Shown one piece after another: positions 40,452 to 53,881 of a stretch of DNA of 64,000 bases (positions are counted from its first letter, which is position 1; every line of letters begins with the position of its first letter). Both the position numbers and the translations under genes were made by a program. The notes beneath the pieces were generated by a model. That model ran no database searches and was not told the DNA's origin. It was given only the letters and a program-made list of their open reading frames with translations. This stretch comes from Phoronis australis. Taxonomy: Eukaryota > Animalia > Phoronida. The stretch lies in the NCBI GenBank assembly GCA_002633005.1, contig NMRA01000945.1, positions 24,678 through 88,677 on the forward strand. Direction: 5' to 3'.

Positions 40452-41309
40452 CATTGGTGGATCTAGGATATCACAAGGGGGGCAACATTTTGTCAGGCTG
40501 TAAGCGTTTGCGCAAACTGAACCACGATTGTAGATGCGCATAGCACCGAATGGGGGGAGGTCGGGAGGGGGGGTTTGCCCCGCCCAGGAAATTTTTATGT
40601 TTTTACCTCTAAAAATCAAGCATTGTCCTTGATTCCTGAAGTATTATCCAAGAAAAAAAGGCAAAAAAAAAACACGGAGAACGTGTCAAACAGGAAAAAA
40701 TGCAAGTACCAAAGACTCGAACTCGCGACCTAGCGGATAGAAGGCGCGTGCATTTCCTCTACACCATCACGACTTGACTACTATTCTTGTAATAAGAGAC
40801 CTACTTGTTTATGGTCCACAGCGTTTGCGAGCGAAACCTACTTCTTTTTGTAATGCTTATTACGCGTTTTATATTTTGTGCCATCAATTAATTCTGAACA
40901 AATTTGTCGTATTTAAAATAGTCTTCAAATGCCCAAAAGACCAAATCCGTTTTTCGTGTTGGCAATAATGACGGGATTGCTTTGGGAGTCTTAAGATAAG
41001 GTTTGACAAAGAGAGTATTGCGAGTTTCTGAGTGATTCACTAAGGCTTCGATTAAAATTCACATCTTACCAGCAGCTTCTGTTTTTTATCGTCACTCAGG
41101 TTCCATTTTCTTTAAAAAATGAAGTAAATTTTCTTCATTGCACAGTGAAGCAGACGACGGAAACGGAGTCATAGTGCGCAGCGCCACTGCCGGACGCCTG
41201 GGATATCGCGGGAAAGCCTATACTTGGCCAACACTAAAATTGCACACATTTTTAATTACCGGGGCTAATTAATAAACTCAACATTTCCCTACGCTCTTAC
41301 TGTTTTATT
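40452..41309 (+). mobile_element. hAT-like MITE copy 1 (right end lost) containing a tRNA-derived segment
   Basis: Begins cattggtggatctaggatatcacaagggggg and aligns over several hundred bp with 61092-61880. Confidence 0.75.
40705..40775 (-). pseudogene. tRNA-derived relic (Pol III A and B boxes) inside the MITE
   Basis: Minus strand reads GTCGTGATGGTGTAGAGGAAATGCACGCGCCTTCTATCCGCTAGGTCGCGAGTTCGAGTC: A-box-like TGGTGTAGAGG, B box GTTCGAGTC and a T stem GCGAG/CTT. The cloverleaf is incomplete. Confidence 0.55.
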
Positions 41310-43634
41310 CACGTGTGTGCGCGTGTATGTGCGTGTGTATTTGACTCGTGTGGAGTTTTGGAATGCGGGGACATGAAATTTGTACCGCGGGCTGCCCGGG
41401 GTTTGGTGTGTGGTATAAGGGATGATGGAACTTGACACAGAGGCTCGGCAATAGAGTTTTGTCCGACCCCTACCTCCTATAGTGAGAGTATTTCGTGAGT
41501 GGGTTTTAAATAGCTTTTCTTGTGTTCATTCATTACAACACGGCTAAAGGGCTTTTAATTTCACCCCATGTCTCCTCAGTTTAATTCAAGTTGTATGGTG
41601 CTCCAGGGCTTTTGTGAACCCCGGTAACATTTACGACGGTAACAATGTTTCACTGTTACCAGTACACGCTCGCAGTCTCTATTCCATTAGTCCTCGTATG
41701 CCACGGCGAAGTTGCGCGCTCATATCATGTCCATACAATGTCGAACGGCTGTGGTTGGAACGGACTAACAAAACTAGGTTTCAGTCACAACATACTCACT
41801 GCATGATACGAGCTATCTTATTGATTACTGCTGATAACCTCCAAAATGACCCATTTCAAGCACGTAAACGCACAGTTATGGAAAACAACAATGTTTTTTA
41901 ATGTATTACAGTCCGCGATGAGACGTTGTAAAAATCTGTCGGTGACACAGCTCAACAGGACAGCAGTAGCCACCCACAACATATGGGGAGAGTGGGAGAA
42001 AGCGACTCAGCAATAGACGTTGATGCAAACGTACTCCAATCTCGAGTCGTCAAATCCGGCAATGGCTCGATCGAGAACCAGATATTCACAATATAGACTG
42101 CTGGTGATATCCATGAAAGGCCTACAAGCATAGAAAATGGTGTCTTGGTCTACCTTTACGAAACTCACCTCTACAGTTCTGTTTCTGCACCGTGACGACC
42201 CTATTATTTTTGTGTCTGACACACAATAGTACACACTGTGCATAAACTGAGCTGTCGACTGCTGTAATTTAGCGGCTTTCATATGCGTGTGATCCACAAG
42301 TGACGCTTAAAATCAATACTGTGGAGAATTATATTTACTCACTATAGATAGGAATGAAATCAAGGCATCGTCTATTCATCCAGGAGAATGCGTGAAACTG
42401 CTCGACTGGTGTCTGTCGTGCAGGAGGCGCCAGAGCAGCATATCGAATTAGTAGTACCGGCCGGTAGCAATGTACAGGGCTGAGCGAAAACTTGGGGGTA
42501 GGCGTGGTGTGTAGGCTGAGATTGGAACAATGCATATAGTCGGGTGGTGACTTGGCCCGAAGGCCTGGTGGCTGTCGGCTGAGAGTGACGCAATGCATAT
42601 AGATCTGTGTGTGATTTTTTGGGGGGAGGGGGGATTGATGGTTGAGAGTGGAGAGCCGCGGTAATACGGTTATAATGAGACCAAAATCTCCCTCAGCTCC
42701 GAAAAAATCGGAAAATTTGGCTGACTTGAGTGGGCTGAAAAGTCACTTTCCAGAGGGCTTCTAAATGCATTCTTTTGACAATTGTGTACGCCTATTACAC
42801 CTAGTAAATCAACCGTCTATCTTATTTATTTGTTTGTGTATTCGTTTGTTTACCTTGTACTGGTCAACTAATCATATTAGGTAGTAAACGTACTGTTTAT
42901 AAGACGGCCCTCCATACCTCATTGTCCCCTTATAGCTTTTATTAATTTATTTTACTAAGTGTTTGTCATCCTCACTTTAGTTTGTACACCTGCCTGTCTC
43001 CATTATTGTTTGACAATGTTTCGCATTGTCGGATATCGAATTATTATTGAGGCTGGAGCAATCCTATAATCCGCGATTTTAATTGACACCTAGTTTCAGA
43101 AAACCCATTTTTGGTGGCTTGGCAGTAACTTCAGATAGTTTAAAGTGAAGACGCAACCTCAACGACACAAGCGGATTCAGTACGTAATTGCGTTAAGCAT
43201 GGAGTAAACGACGATGGTTTGAATTTATCGGCTGGCTTATACTTTTCTGTTCTTATTGCCTAACCTCAACGAAATTTTGTTATTTTAGATGCATTGGGCT
43301 AACCACATAATCGACCCTAGCAAAGCCTTAGTAAAAAAAGAAAACGCGAGTTCAGTCATACAAATGTAAGCCCGTCAAATGATACACTGGTGAAGCTGCA
43401 TTTTCGTGCCGTGTTGCGTCACCGCGAGATCCCAACACAAACAACAAAAGGCCGATAACAGTTGTATTGAATAGGGGTCTGAATAGAACGGCCATTGCGT
43501 GCGGGTGTTATCCGCAACTGGTTGAATTAAAAGGCGATTCTCGCGGTGACGTAGACATAACAAAATGGTTAGACTCCTGTCATCTTTCTTCAGATGAGAG
43601 ACAGATGCATCTCGGTCAGACAAGGATGAATCCG

Positions 43635-43925
43635 GTTCGTGACAACCATGTACCGGAGCACCAAGGGTTCCGGCGGGCCTTGCGCTACTGGTAACTCTAA
43701 GCTGTTGCCATTAAGCCAGTTTCACACCTAAGATGTCAATAACGCTGTTGCCATCCAGCCAACGTTTCGTCTCCACAAGAAGAACACCACCACCACCACC
43801 AGCCTACCAGGTCCTGCCGCTCGATCCACGTCCACACCAATTACCACAGCAAGGACAGAAGGCGAGATCCACCGATCTTGCGAAGCTGTACGTCCGAGGG
43901 CTTTGCCCTCATCTACTCTACTGTC
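43635..43925 (+). repeat. Unclassified GC-rich interspersed repeat, copy 2
   Basis: Direct diverged copy of 39175-39570 with an internal deletion. Confidence 0.8.
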
Positions 43926-46900
43926 TTTCGACGTAGACAAAAGCAAGCCACTACGCCTAACAGTTCGTTACGTTTGACATTTTATGTCACTACTTAGCTC
44001 GGAGCGATACTGTAGGAAACAAATTTACTGGTGTTACCGTTGAAGATAAGCTTTAAAAACAAATGTGACGTCAACATCTGGATGACAAAAAGGTAATTTT
44101 AAAATAAGTTGAAATCGTGTTATAAAAGCTGCCGTTAATGTGGAGAATTATTATAATAATGTTAATTAATACGGCTTTAGTTGGTGAATTATTATAATGA
44201 TATTAATTAATACGACTTTAGTTGGTGCGTAGCCAACTTGCCGAACAAGGTCTCGAGCTGCCAATTCTTTCTAAGCTCAGAAAACACTTCCGGTTTGAGG
44301 GACAATTTCAATAAGGGTTAAGAGGCTTTAAATAAAAGCAAATTTTTAACGGAATCCAGGTTTATAGTAGTAACAGATAAAATTATCGCTTTTTGGCGCA
44401 CGGCTTCGAAAGGAGAGAGTTGGAGCAGAGTAGTCCTAACTCATGGCTATGATTGGCCTTGCACATGTGGAGAATTTCACGCTTACACTGTCACCGCTCA
44501 GATTCCCTTAGCCCCAGACAACTTTTACGATGCCTATTCAGCACGCCCTTTGTCTTGATGTAGATCTGAGCTAATCTAATCAAGTGGAAAGATAATAGCT
44601 AGCATTACTGTCTCAACATTGGTTGTTGTTAGTACCCCCAGTTTGGTTTTCTCTGACATTTTCAGAGTTACAACCTGCAACACTGGAAAGTAGTTTTAAC
44701 TCGGTACATTATAAATATTACAAAATGACTAAAAAGGTTAACTTGTGTTTATCTTCACAAAGGGCCACTTCCCAAAGGAACGATATGTTTCATATTGGTT
44801 TTCTTTATTTAATTTTTAATGCTTCTGCCCACTTGTTTTTTTTTTTTCTTACCGGTTACGGGTTGATAACTTTTTATATAAGTTTTAAACTTGAAATACC
44901 AAAACAGTGGTAGATTTTGATCGCCTGCGAAACTTAATTAGTTAAGTTCATTGTGAGCCCATCCCTAAACTTCCCACATTACAGGTGCACTAAACATTTC
45001 ACGTGTCATTAAAGTTTAATCTTTAATAGAACTCAAATCATAAAATACATACAAAAGTGCAAAGATGGTGATAACTAACCTGAAGATTTGGAATCTCTGG
45101 ACAATTTCGGTGGCACTGACTCTATAACTATTGTAGCTCTTTGTCAGTAATAAAAAATAAAAAGTGGGCACAAGTTAAGTACAGCTGTTTCCTGGTAAAA
45201 AATCTGGTTAAACGAGATTGAAAGAACATTAAAAATGAATCCATGTGACATTGATCAGCGTTTGTATATCCACCGAGTATATCAATACGCGCTGTAGTTT
45301 GTCTTCAATCGTACACGATGGTTGTAGTTTTTAGATTATTAGGCTACTTCATCGATTTTCAAAAATCGAAAACCGTACTTGGATGTTTTTTTCCAGATGA
45401 ATACCGCCGTGGTGTTCGTTTTTAACGAAAATTAGTGGTTAATGCATTTTGAAAATTTGCCATTATGTACTGTCAGAGATGTTTAATACAGATTATGGTC
45501 GCCGATAATTACGTTTAAATGGTTCTTGCTCAAATCGGGCAATGCGGTCATCACAATTGTACCTGATTCTCTTTCATCCTGGTAAAAGCCACTCAGAAGG
45601 ACGGGCGGTGAAAATTCCTGCATATCTTTAGAAATGCGTGGCTTCCATGTAAGCGTATTCATGGTATTATTCATGGTATGTACGCAATTTCGAGTGTGTT
45701 ATAGATTCACGGCTACCATCTTATGCGGCAGATTAATTCTGAGTGAGTTCTTTGAGGACAGTAAATTTCGCATTGAAGTAAACTTTATGAGAAATACGTA
45801 AGAAGAGTCAAGTATAGAATCTCGAGTCATCACAGAAATCATAATTTACGGCATACCGCGCGAACAGTGTGTCTCACCGCTAGTCTCCTACAAGGCTTAC
45901 CAATATTGTTCTCCGAGCCTTCTCAGGTCAAAACCCTCAATTTTCCTACTCGCCATTTTACATTTAGATTTCCTGCCTTTTATGTTCAAAACTAGAACCC
46001 TGGACTGTGTTATAGTTCAAAATAACATGCAGGGGTCTGGACGTTTTCCATAACCTTCATCATTCGAATTAGAGGAGAATCCAAGCTCAGTTTCACTATT
46101 CTGAGGTTGCATATAGTTGCGTTACTTTGGATGGAAATTTCCTGGTTAATTTCAAAGAAAGCTAACTTTTTTGTTTGCCTTATAGATATTGCTTTGTAAT
46201 TGTCTTCTGAACTACATTATCTCTTATCTACGTTTTGTATTTAGGTTGTTTGTCCATCGAATTTCCTACAATTTCTTTTAGGTGGTATATATAAGGGCCT
46301 AAAGTCGTACCTTCTATGCTCGACTTTCGCACTTTCCGAAAATTCACTATGTTGGCCCGAATCATAGGAAGTAACCCAGTTTCGCCCCGGATTTGTACAT
46401 TCTTGAAGAATTATGTGTTATGCCACCCCTGTCTGCACATGCCACTTAAACTTTAGTTTTACTAGCTTCAGAAATCACAAATCGCTCACAGAAAATAACA
46501 ATTCTGCTTTATACAAACTATGTAAACGATTTTTGTGAACCATGTTTGCCAAGATATGTGTATTCTGTAGAATCGATTAGAATTACATTCACTTGTCATG
46601 ACTTCAATATTGAGGGGCAAAACACACAACTGCAATATAACACCTGCGCGGGTATATTAAAAACGATTGAGGAGTACATGCCATTATCGGCATCGAGAAA
46701 AATGGTTTTCTGAGATCAGCTACAAGCGCGAAGTTGAACTCACAATCCTAGCGTCCAACGACTTTCTTGCGTAGCTAACCCCCAATCGATAAATCGCAGA
46801 ACATTTTGAGCGTTTTAAGTAGTAAAATCATTGGCACTGATTTCAGGGAATGGCTGGCAGACAACGGCGACAATTAGCGAATTGTAATAAAATCATAAGA

Positions 46901-47109
46901 ACACCGAGTCTTTGTTGATTTTGTGCCTCTGATTAAAGGTAAACACTTCAAGAAGTATATCCCATCCAGTAATTATCCCAAAACGGCCATAAAACCGACC
47001 CTGTCTTTTTCAACCGCCTAGGGGAGCGTCGGGAGACCATGTCCAGACTCATGAAAACAAGGTCGTGGTAACTCAATTAAATCAGCTTCAGCAACTTCAG
47101 ATTATGAAG

Positions 47110-47383
47110 GACAAGTCTATGTAATAAAGGTTATGTAGAATCTCATAGACAAGTCTGTGAATTGAAGTTATGTGTAACCTTATCGACAAGTCCGTGAATT
47201 GAAGTTATGTGTAACCTTATCGACAAGTCTGTGAATTGAAGTTATGTGTAACCTTATCGACAAGTGTGTGAATTGAAGTTATGTGTAACCTTATCGACAA
47301 GTCCGTGAATTGAAGTTATGTGTAACCTTATCGACAAGTCTGTGAATTGAAGTTATGTGTAACCTTATCGACAAGTCCGTGTA
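47110..47383. repeat. Homogeneous 37-bp minisatellite (gacaagtcYgtgaattgaagttatgtgtaaccttatc), ~6.3 copies plus one degenerate
   Basis: Units start at 47148, 47185, 47222, 47259, 47296, 47333 and 47370, with no spacers. Confidence 0.95.
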
Positions 47384-50040
47384 TTAAACCAAATGACTAC
47401 AAAGTTATTATAGATTTTAACCAAGCAAAAGTATATATTCTCTGAAAATAGAATGCCTAAGGAAGTTTATCAGTATGCCGCTTACTGATTAGTGTGAACA
47501 CGTCATTTCAGCGTAATTTAGCAATAAAGAAGGGTACATTGACAACAAAAAACGGTATCAATAACAAGTCCGAGATTCGTTTGGTAAAAATGTGTAACCT
47601 GTGTTTTTAAGTTTCATGCAACTTGTGATTTTTTCACTGAAATCATATAGTTCTATTTTTGACACCCCCTCATGCAAAAGTGGAAAATTTTGAAAACATG
47701 TGAAAGCTTTATACAAATCACAACAATCATTTTTGAGATAGATGTTTCATAGTTAGACAATTTTGACCAATTTTCGGGGTGGTACACATCCTTAAATTAT
47801 TGTTTGTTTCTACCTCACTGGTCTGAGAAGGGTGATTCGGTATATGTAGGCTGAATTTCGTTACAGGTGCACGCATTTTTTTTTCAAGAAACACTTCATA
47901 TTCACAGCTGAAAATTGTTTGAGATCAAAAAAAATATTTTTGAGTTGCACACATATTTAACAATTGGCCGCGCTAGGGGAAATAGCCTTAATTTTAATTC
48001 ACGCCTTGGTCATAGGCAGATCCAGGGGGATCAAGGGGGTCCGGACCCCCCTTTTGCCTTGATTTTAGTGATTTCTAACTGTTGACTAGGACCCCCCTAT
48101 TGAAAAAAATCCTTGATCCGATTCCCCTTTTTAAAATCCTGTTGAGATACCTTTTATGACTTAAATCATCCTAGCAGAGTTTTATTGCAGTTCGTTCAAG
48201 ATAAACCACTAATATAAGTAAGTTCTCTTATAATTTTCCCATTTTTTGGAACGTGAATAAAGAAACATATTCATATCAAACACTAAATTATTCATTTGGC
48301 AAGTTTCAACATGTTGCTGCACCTCTTGGCTCGTGAACATCATTTCCCATAATGATTTGTAACGTGGACATTACACTGCTAAAATAAACAAACACCTGAA
48401 TGTGACGGGACGTTCGTAACTTTACGCTTATTGTTATTCTTATTTAGTTGCAAATGTTCAGTTATTCTTATGCTAATGTCTTTGTTGCGTCTCAGTGCGC
48501 CTTTGTTACGTGGGCATGTGGACGCGACTGTATGTGTCGGGCACTTCGCTAGCGACAGGCTTAGGAGAAGGGTGTTTCCTTCTTTTGCTTTCATGGAAAG
48601 TTGATCGTTATCATGTGCAAATTGAACTGAAACGAATGCCTGATGAGAGAAAATACATATTCTGAGGTTCAGTGGAGACTTACTCTGTTACATGAATATG
48701 AGACATTCTTGTAATTAAATAGGTGTTACTCCAAATTTCCTTCGACTTAAAGAAATCCTGAAATCAAGCCTTCATATTTACCAATTAAGGTCTGTTGCAG
48801 TCCAGTTGGATGTCATATATTGAGAGCTTTATGACTCCAGTGGATGTTTTCGACATGTCAGTCAAGCTAGCTTTGTAATTCCAGCCTGTCCGGGATGAGT
48901 TCCGTAAACACAAGAACCTTTGGCAAATGCAGTGAGAAAGATTGTGTGGCAGCAGCATTCCCCACAATTATTTGTGCTAAATGACGTGCAAAGGTTCATT
49001 TGTGTCACAGGCAGCTTTACATGGCAACAGGTCTAGAAACTAGGATAAAAACACGAGGTTGAAAATTTGTCACTGTTTCGCACTTGCAGAGGACTTCCGC
49101 TTGACACTTGTGGTTCTTAGTAACGATGGTATCCGTGGCTTAATTGCGTTTTTCAGAACTATCCATTGATGGCATTTACTGAAACTGGATTGGTGAGCAC
49201 TTTGAACAATCACTTGAATGTTAACATAGGACTACGAGCCCCAGGGAACATTCATTCTTTATTTACACACTTGTATCAGAAAAACGTACATCGACTGTCA
49301 TAAAATCAGGGCCTTCGAGCCATTGGTCATAATTTCAAATTGTAGAAACATAGCGACAGGCATCCAACTTCTTCGGGATACCTGACGAGAACAGTGAAGA
49401 ATCTGTGTGTTGGGAACTGGGTGAACAAAAGACACATAAAGACCCCCCCCCTTTCCACAGATAATTTATACTCATATCTAACAACATTCCCATAACAGAT
49501 GAAGAGAGTTTTCTCTGTGTTATACACAAAAAGCATAAACCATGTTTTTTATTTTAGTTTGATGCAAATAATTAATGATTGTCACGAATATATTTTCAAT
49601 TATTAATTTAATTAGAGATGGGTTTCCAGTAACCATGTACATTTTTCATTTTTTGCCAAATGTGCCTCTGTTTTGGCGGCTGTCACGGAAATACTGATTC
49701 GGTGAGCCCAAAGTTTTTGCAGACTTGTCATAGTCTGCTAAGACCAAAATGCAAATGAAAATATTCAAAAGAATTCAATGATAAATTTTAATTATTTCGA
49801 ACACCCTTATTACACAGTTCGTATTTGGAAAAGGTCTTAAAACAAAAGGGCTGCGTTTCGTATACCTAAGACCATATTCACGAGAAGAGCTAGTGTGCGC
49901 GTTTCAGTTGTAAAGCACGGTGACATACCGTGTACGGAACGCAGTCACGATTTACTCCCCATTAATTAATTACGTTTTCGTTTAACGGTAAAAACTACAG
50001 ATCCTAGTAAATACTAAAGTATCTGCCCAGGGTATCCCCC

Positions 50041-50255
50041 TCAAATAAAATTCCAGTGTTCTGCTTCGTGATATTGGTCGTCGCTATTTTGTTGACATCT
50101 GCAGTAGCTCGCACAGTCTTCCGGGGTTCTAAACATATTCTGGTTACCGCCACAGCCGCCGTATGGGAACTGCTCACAAGTGTCCGTCTTGTGATCATAA
50201 CGATACAACAAGGATAACGCTTGACATGTCCCGGATGCAACGGGCAGTCGACAGA
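50041..50255 (-). CDS. Multi-Kunitz protein, terminal Kunitz exon C (VCRLPVASGTCQALSLLYRYDHKTDTCEQFPYGGCGGNQNMFRTPEDCASYCRCQQNSDDQYHEAEHWNFI*)
   Basis: CxLP...GxC...FxYGGCGGNxNxF...C...C Kunitz pattern; ttttgttttAG acceptor in phase 1; TGA at 50041-50043. Confidence 0.95.
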
Positions 50256-50741
50256 CTAAAACAAAACGAGACAACAATTCACTGTTTTGAAAGTAAGCTA
50301 TCTAATAATGAATAAAACGAGCGAGAATGCTGGAGGCTGTGTTTGATTAAACACGTGCTTATCCTGGGGTATAGATAAATCAATAACAAAACAGATTGCA
50401 ATAAGCTGAGACTTGTAATCTATTGCGTTTTACGAGTTTTTCACTAAGGTCAAACAAATTTATGTTTTAGGAAAGCCAGAAGCAAGACATGTCTAGAAGG
50501 GTATCCTTCGGCGTTATGCCACATGGAATAAACACAATAACAGCATTCACTTACGAACTCTAATAACAGCAAATAAGTTTTTCATTAAGCTTGTCTAATT
50601 TGACTAGTAGGAAGTTCTTAATTTGAAAAACTCAATTGAAATGAGGACATCTTCGTAAAACAAAGCTTTTTGTGAAGCAAAGCTCATAAATAACCAGCAA
50701 AGGGACAATAGATAAATTGTCGAGCATAGCACTAGGCTTAC

Positions 50742-50924
50742 CTTTGAATGGATCTTCGCATTTGGCTTTGCATTCTTTCAGGTAATGAAATCGGTTCATA
50801 TTACCGTTGCAGCCATGATAAGAGAATTGCTCACATTGACCTGACCTGGAGTTGAAGTACCACCTCTGGGACGTTTCGTTACAGTTGCCCTGTCGCAAGG
50901 GTAATCCGCAGTTACAAGGATCGT
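50742..50924 (-). CDS. Multi-Kunitz protein, Kunitz exon B (DPCNCGLPLRQGNCNETSQRWYFNSRSGQCEQFSYHGCNGNMNRFHYLKECKAKCEDPFK)
   Basis: Kunitz motifs RWYFN and FxYxGCxGNxNRF; tactttcAG acceptor, G|GTAAGC donor, phases 1-1. Confidence 0.95.
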
Positions 50925-51591
50925 CTGAAAGTACGCAAATTCAAGGGGAGCAATCGAAAACAATTCTAGCATACACAAGTTTTCAGAAAAACAGAATTTA
51001 TCGGAACCTGTAGAAAAGGTAGCCGGACATGTCACAACGGTGACATATCACACACGGCAAACCTAAATTCCTACTGAGTTCCTCCCACATGACTTCTCAT
51101 TCTGGTCCAAGCGACATACGAAACTTTTAATGATATGAATTTCAGTATACCCCAGTGATTTGGCTAAAAAATAACGGAATAACAAAAAAATCCTTGGTAC
51201 TTTTCGCTCTATTTATCTTTTTCACAATTGGTTAAAGTTTGGCCCTGAATAGGATCATCCTCTGAATAGGATTGTGTACGATAAATAAGAAAGTTGTGCC
51301 TCCCCTTTTGTTCTTGACTTCATTATACCTAGACAGGGATGGGTCTATCTACGGCACTGCTGCCGTTTTTCAAAAGCATTGCGGGACGGTTGTCGCGGCT
51401 AAAAAGCATCCGGTAACAGCAAAGATAAAGTGACATATAAAGAACATGACAGAAAGCAACACTTAGAATTGAATGCGTGTGGTCACTGCAATATGCTTTC
51501 TGCGAGTACGACAAAAATATCCATCACAGCAAAACAAAAGATTGGAAGATGTTCAAAATGCATCGAATAAATACACAAATTAATAAATCTT

Positions 51592-52549
51592 TTTTTTTGT
51601 CAAAAAGTTTTATTGTTATCGTAATGCAAATACAATAAAGCCAAACAGTATAAACATTCGCGCGCACAGTCACGCTCACATTCATACACAGGGGGGCCAT
51701 TGGTTGTATGTAGTATAAATTAAAATAAAGGTGCTAGAGGGGCCCATCGTTCCTCGAAGTCGAGATACCTGCACTGGTTATAGTACATAACCTTTTCTAC
51801 TTAGTAGTAATCAAAAACAAAATGTTTAAAAAGTGCAAAACATGGTTCTACATTCTGAAGTCTTTGCTTGTTTATGTGGTACTTGCCTAAACATAAAAGT
51901 AGATTTATGATTTTTGGTCCATTAAAGGAGCCAAAAATTACGTAAAAATGATCAAGTTTCATATCAATTCTGCAGAGGTTTTTTATCCAGTTTTCAACAG
52001 TTTTCCAAAAACTTTGGACACGTGAACAAGACCAATACAAGTGAAAAAGGTCTTCAGAATGAGAATTACAAAAAGTACAACTATCTGAATTTCTAACACC
52101 AATCTTACTCAAAAACTTATTGGTTCCGAGTAGTCTGTGAGTTAAACGTATTTGAAACCATTTAAGCTGGACATCACAGGAAAAGTTAATAGTATAAGAA
52201 TAACCTTTTCTCCACAACTCACGGGGAATTACGGTATTCAACTGTTTTTCCCAATTTTCCTCAAATTTGGGTTTTTTATATAGTTTTTGTATTATTGGGT
52301 ATAAATTTGTTTATTGACTTTTTGTCTCGATATAAGAATGGAATTAAATGTTGTGCAAACAGGCAAGGTTATCTCAATTTCACTACATGGCCTAATTTGA
52401 GAATGACGAATAGTTTGACGAATTGCACTTTGAATACCCCAAAAAGATGTAAATGATGGAGAAAACCTGTATCTTTCACAAAAACACTGGTAAGACATAA
52501 AATAACCATTATGGTTCAACAAATCGTGGATAAAAATTATACCTCTTTT
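51592..52549 (-). mobile_element. 5'-truncated L1/Tx1-type LINE (ORF2 C-terminal zf-RVT-like region, 3' UTR, poly-A) in the Kunitz gene intron
   Basis: WFQIRLTHRLLGTN...CTFC...EDLFHLYWSC...FW motif; frameshift near 52290 and in-frame stop at 51801; AATAAA and an A-tail at ~51592-51615; 13-bp TSD attaataaatctt at 51579-51591 and 52550-52562. Confidence 0.9.
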
Positions 52550-53704
52550 ATTAATAAATCTTGCTCAAGTTATCGATAATGCCACTGGAACTTTACCAGC
52601 CTGAGTAACCGCCGCACAATACATTTGTAGAAGGACATCAGTGCCATGACAGTTTTAATCTATGGCCACACTAGAGATGAACGCCGAATCGACGGACACA
52701 GATTATCAGCTCAAATACAAAAATCAAAACTGGCATTGGTGTATACTCGCTGTATATCTTTGTGTTCAGGTTCATCAAAATTTGTCGACCCATTTTGACA
52801 ATACGCCTCAACGACAAACATTGAATATTTTGTTACTGAATCGAAAATCTCGGTCAAAGGGGGATGATATACCGTAGTATTCTAATTCTTTCGTAAATCA
52901 ACTGGTACCAGTGAACCATTAAATTTTGACCTGTGAAAAAGTGGCCACGGGTCATTTTCATTTTTCAACTTTGGAAAACAATTTTTCACCATCGCGTTGA
53001 AATCTTGTCAGCTAGAACAACTTTGAGGAGACTCCCGCCTAGTGGTGCTGAAAAGAAACATGAACGAGTCCGTCCATGCTGTGAGTTATGACTTGCGACC
53101 CCAGAAGATTGACTACAAGGATCATCCCAAAAATCGTATCAACTGGTGGTTGGTCCATTTCTCACCTGAAATTTTCATAAAATGCCGTCCCTAAATTTTG
53201 GATGAACTATACATAAATAACACACGCTCAAAACGCAAATACAACCCCGGGATCACTTATACCGGCAAGATGATCGCATCAGCGTTCCAAAAGCTGTGGA
53301 CCGGGGGGTACTCTTCAGCGTGTTTTGTTGTGGTTTCTCAAAGTACACGCTCTTTCAAACATAACCGTTTCAACAATTATCTTGAAATCAACTGTTTTGA
53401 CCTAATACACTTCTCCGTATGTTTTACGAACCTCTTTGTCAAGACTCTTAGACATAAACCGTAAAACAACGTGGAACATTTTCGCGCGAGATGGGGTGTT
53501 ATTTCATTGACTGCACGAGATAATTTTTAAATTCCACTTATCTGTCGAAAGTCCCCTTTTTTATTCGCCTGAGTAATTTTTTCATGAGGTTAGCATAATT
53601 CCACGCATTACTGGAACCAGTTAAAATACTTCCTCGCATTAATTGCTTGAACCGGTGAAACACGTATCTTGGGCAAACACATAATGTCTGCTTTACATAC
53701 TTAC

Positions 53705-53881
53705 AATGTACAAGTGGCGCGCATACGTCCATGCAGTGCTTGAATGAGGCAAACAAATTGCCCGTGTCGCCACACCCCCCGTACTCAAATGTTTCACATG
53801 CGCCAGTTTCAGCGTTGAAGAACCACTTTGGTCCGCTAAGACCACAGAAACCCGAGACCTTCTTCTGTTCACACCTAATAT
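53705..53881 (-). CDS. Multi-Kunitz/BPTI protein, Kunitz exon A (IRCEQKKVSGFCGLSGPKWFFNAETGACETFEYGGCGDTGNLFASFKHCMDVCAPLVH)
   Basis: Six Cys at Kunitz spacing with WFFN, FxYGGC and NxF motifs; gttttgcAG acceptor, GTAAGT donor, phases 1-1. Confidence 0.93.

Noticed and set aside
40705-40775. Functional tRNA gene, possibly an amber suppressor (CTA in the loop)
   Set aside because: The acceptor and anticodon stems do not pair properly, it sits inside a repeated MITE, and the second copy has a different loop. Treated as a tRNA-derived relic.
41900-42600. Cluster of 70-96 aa ORFs
   Set aside because: No motif, no consistent exon structure, and lengths compatible with chance.
47110-47383. 37-bp repeat array resembling CRISPR repeat length
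   Set aside because: Units are head-to-tail with no unique spacers, there are no cas genes, and the context is eukaryotic.
51329-51410. Possible extra exon in the Kunitz gene (NAFEKRQQC resembles the Kunitz NxFxxxxxC motif)
   Set aside because: The phase-1 reading hits a stop, the other frames also terminate, and the donor is weak.
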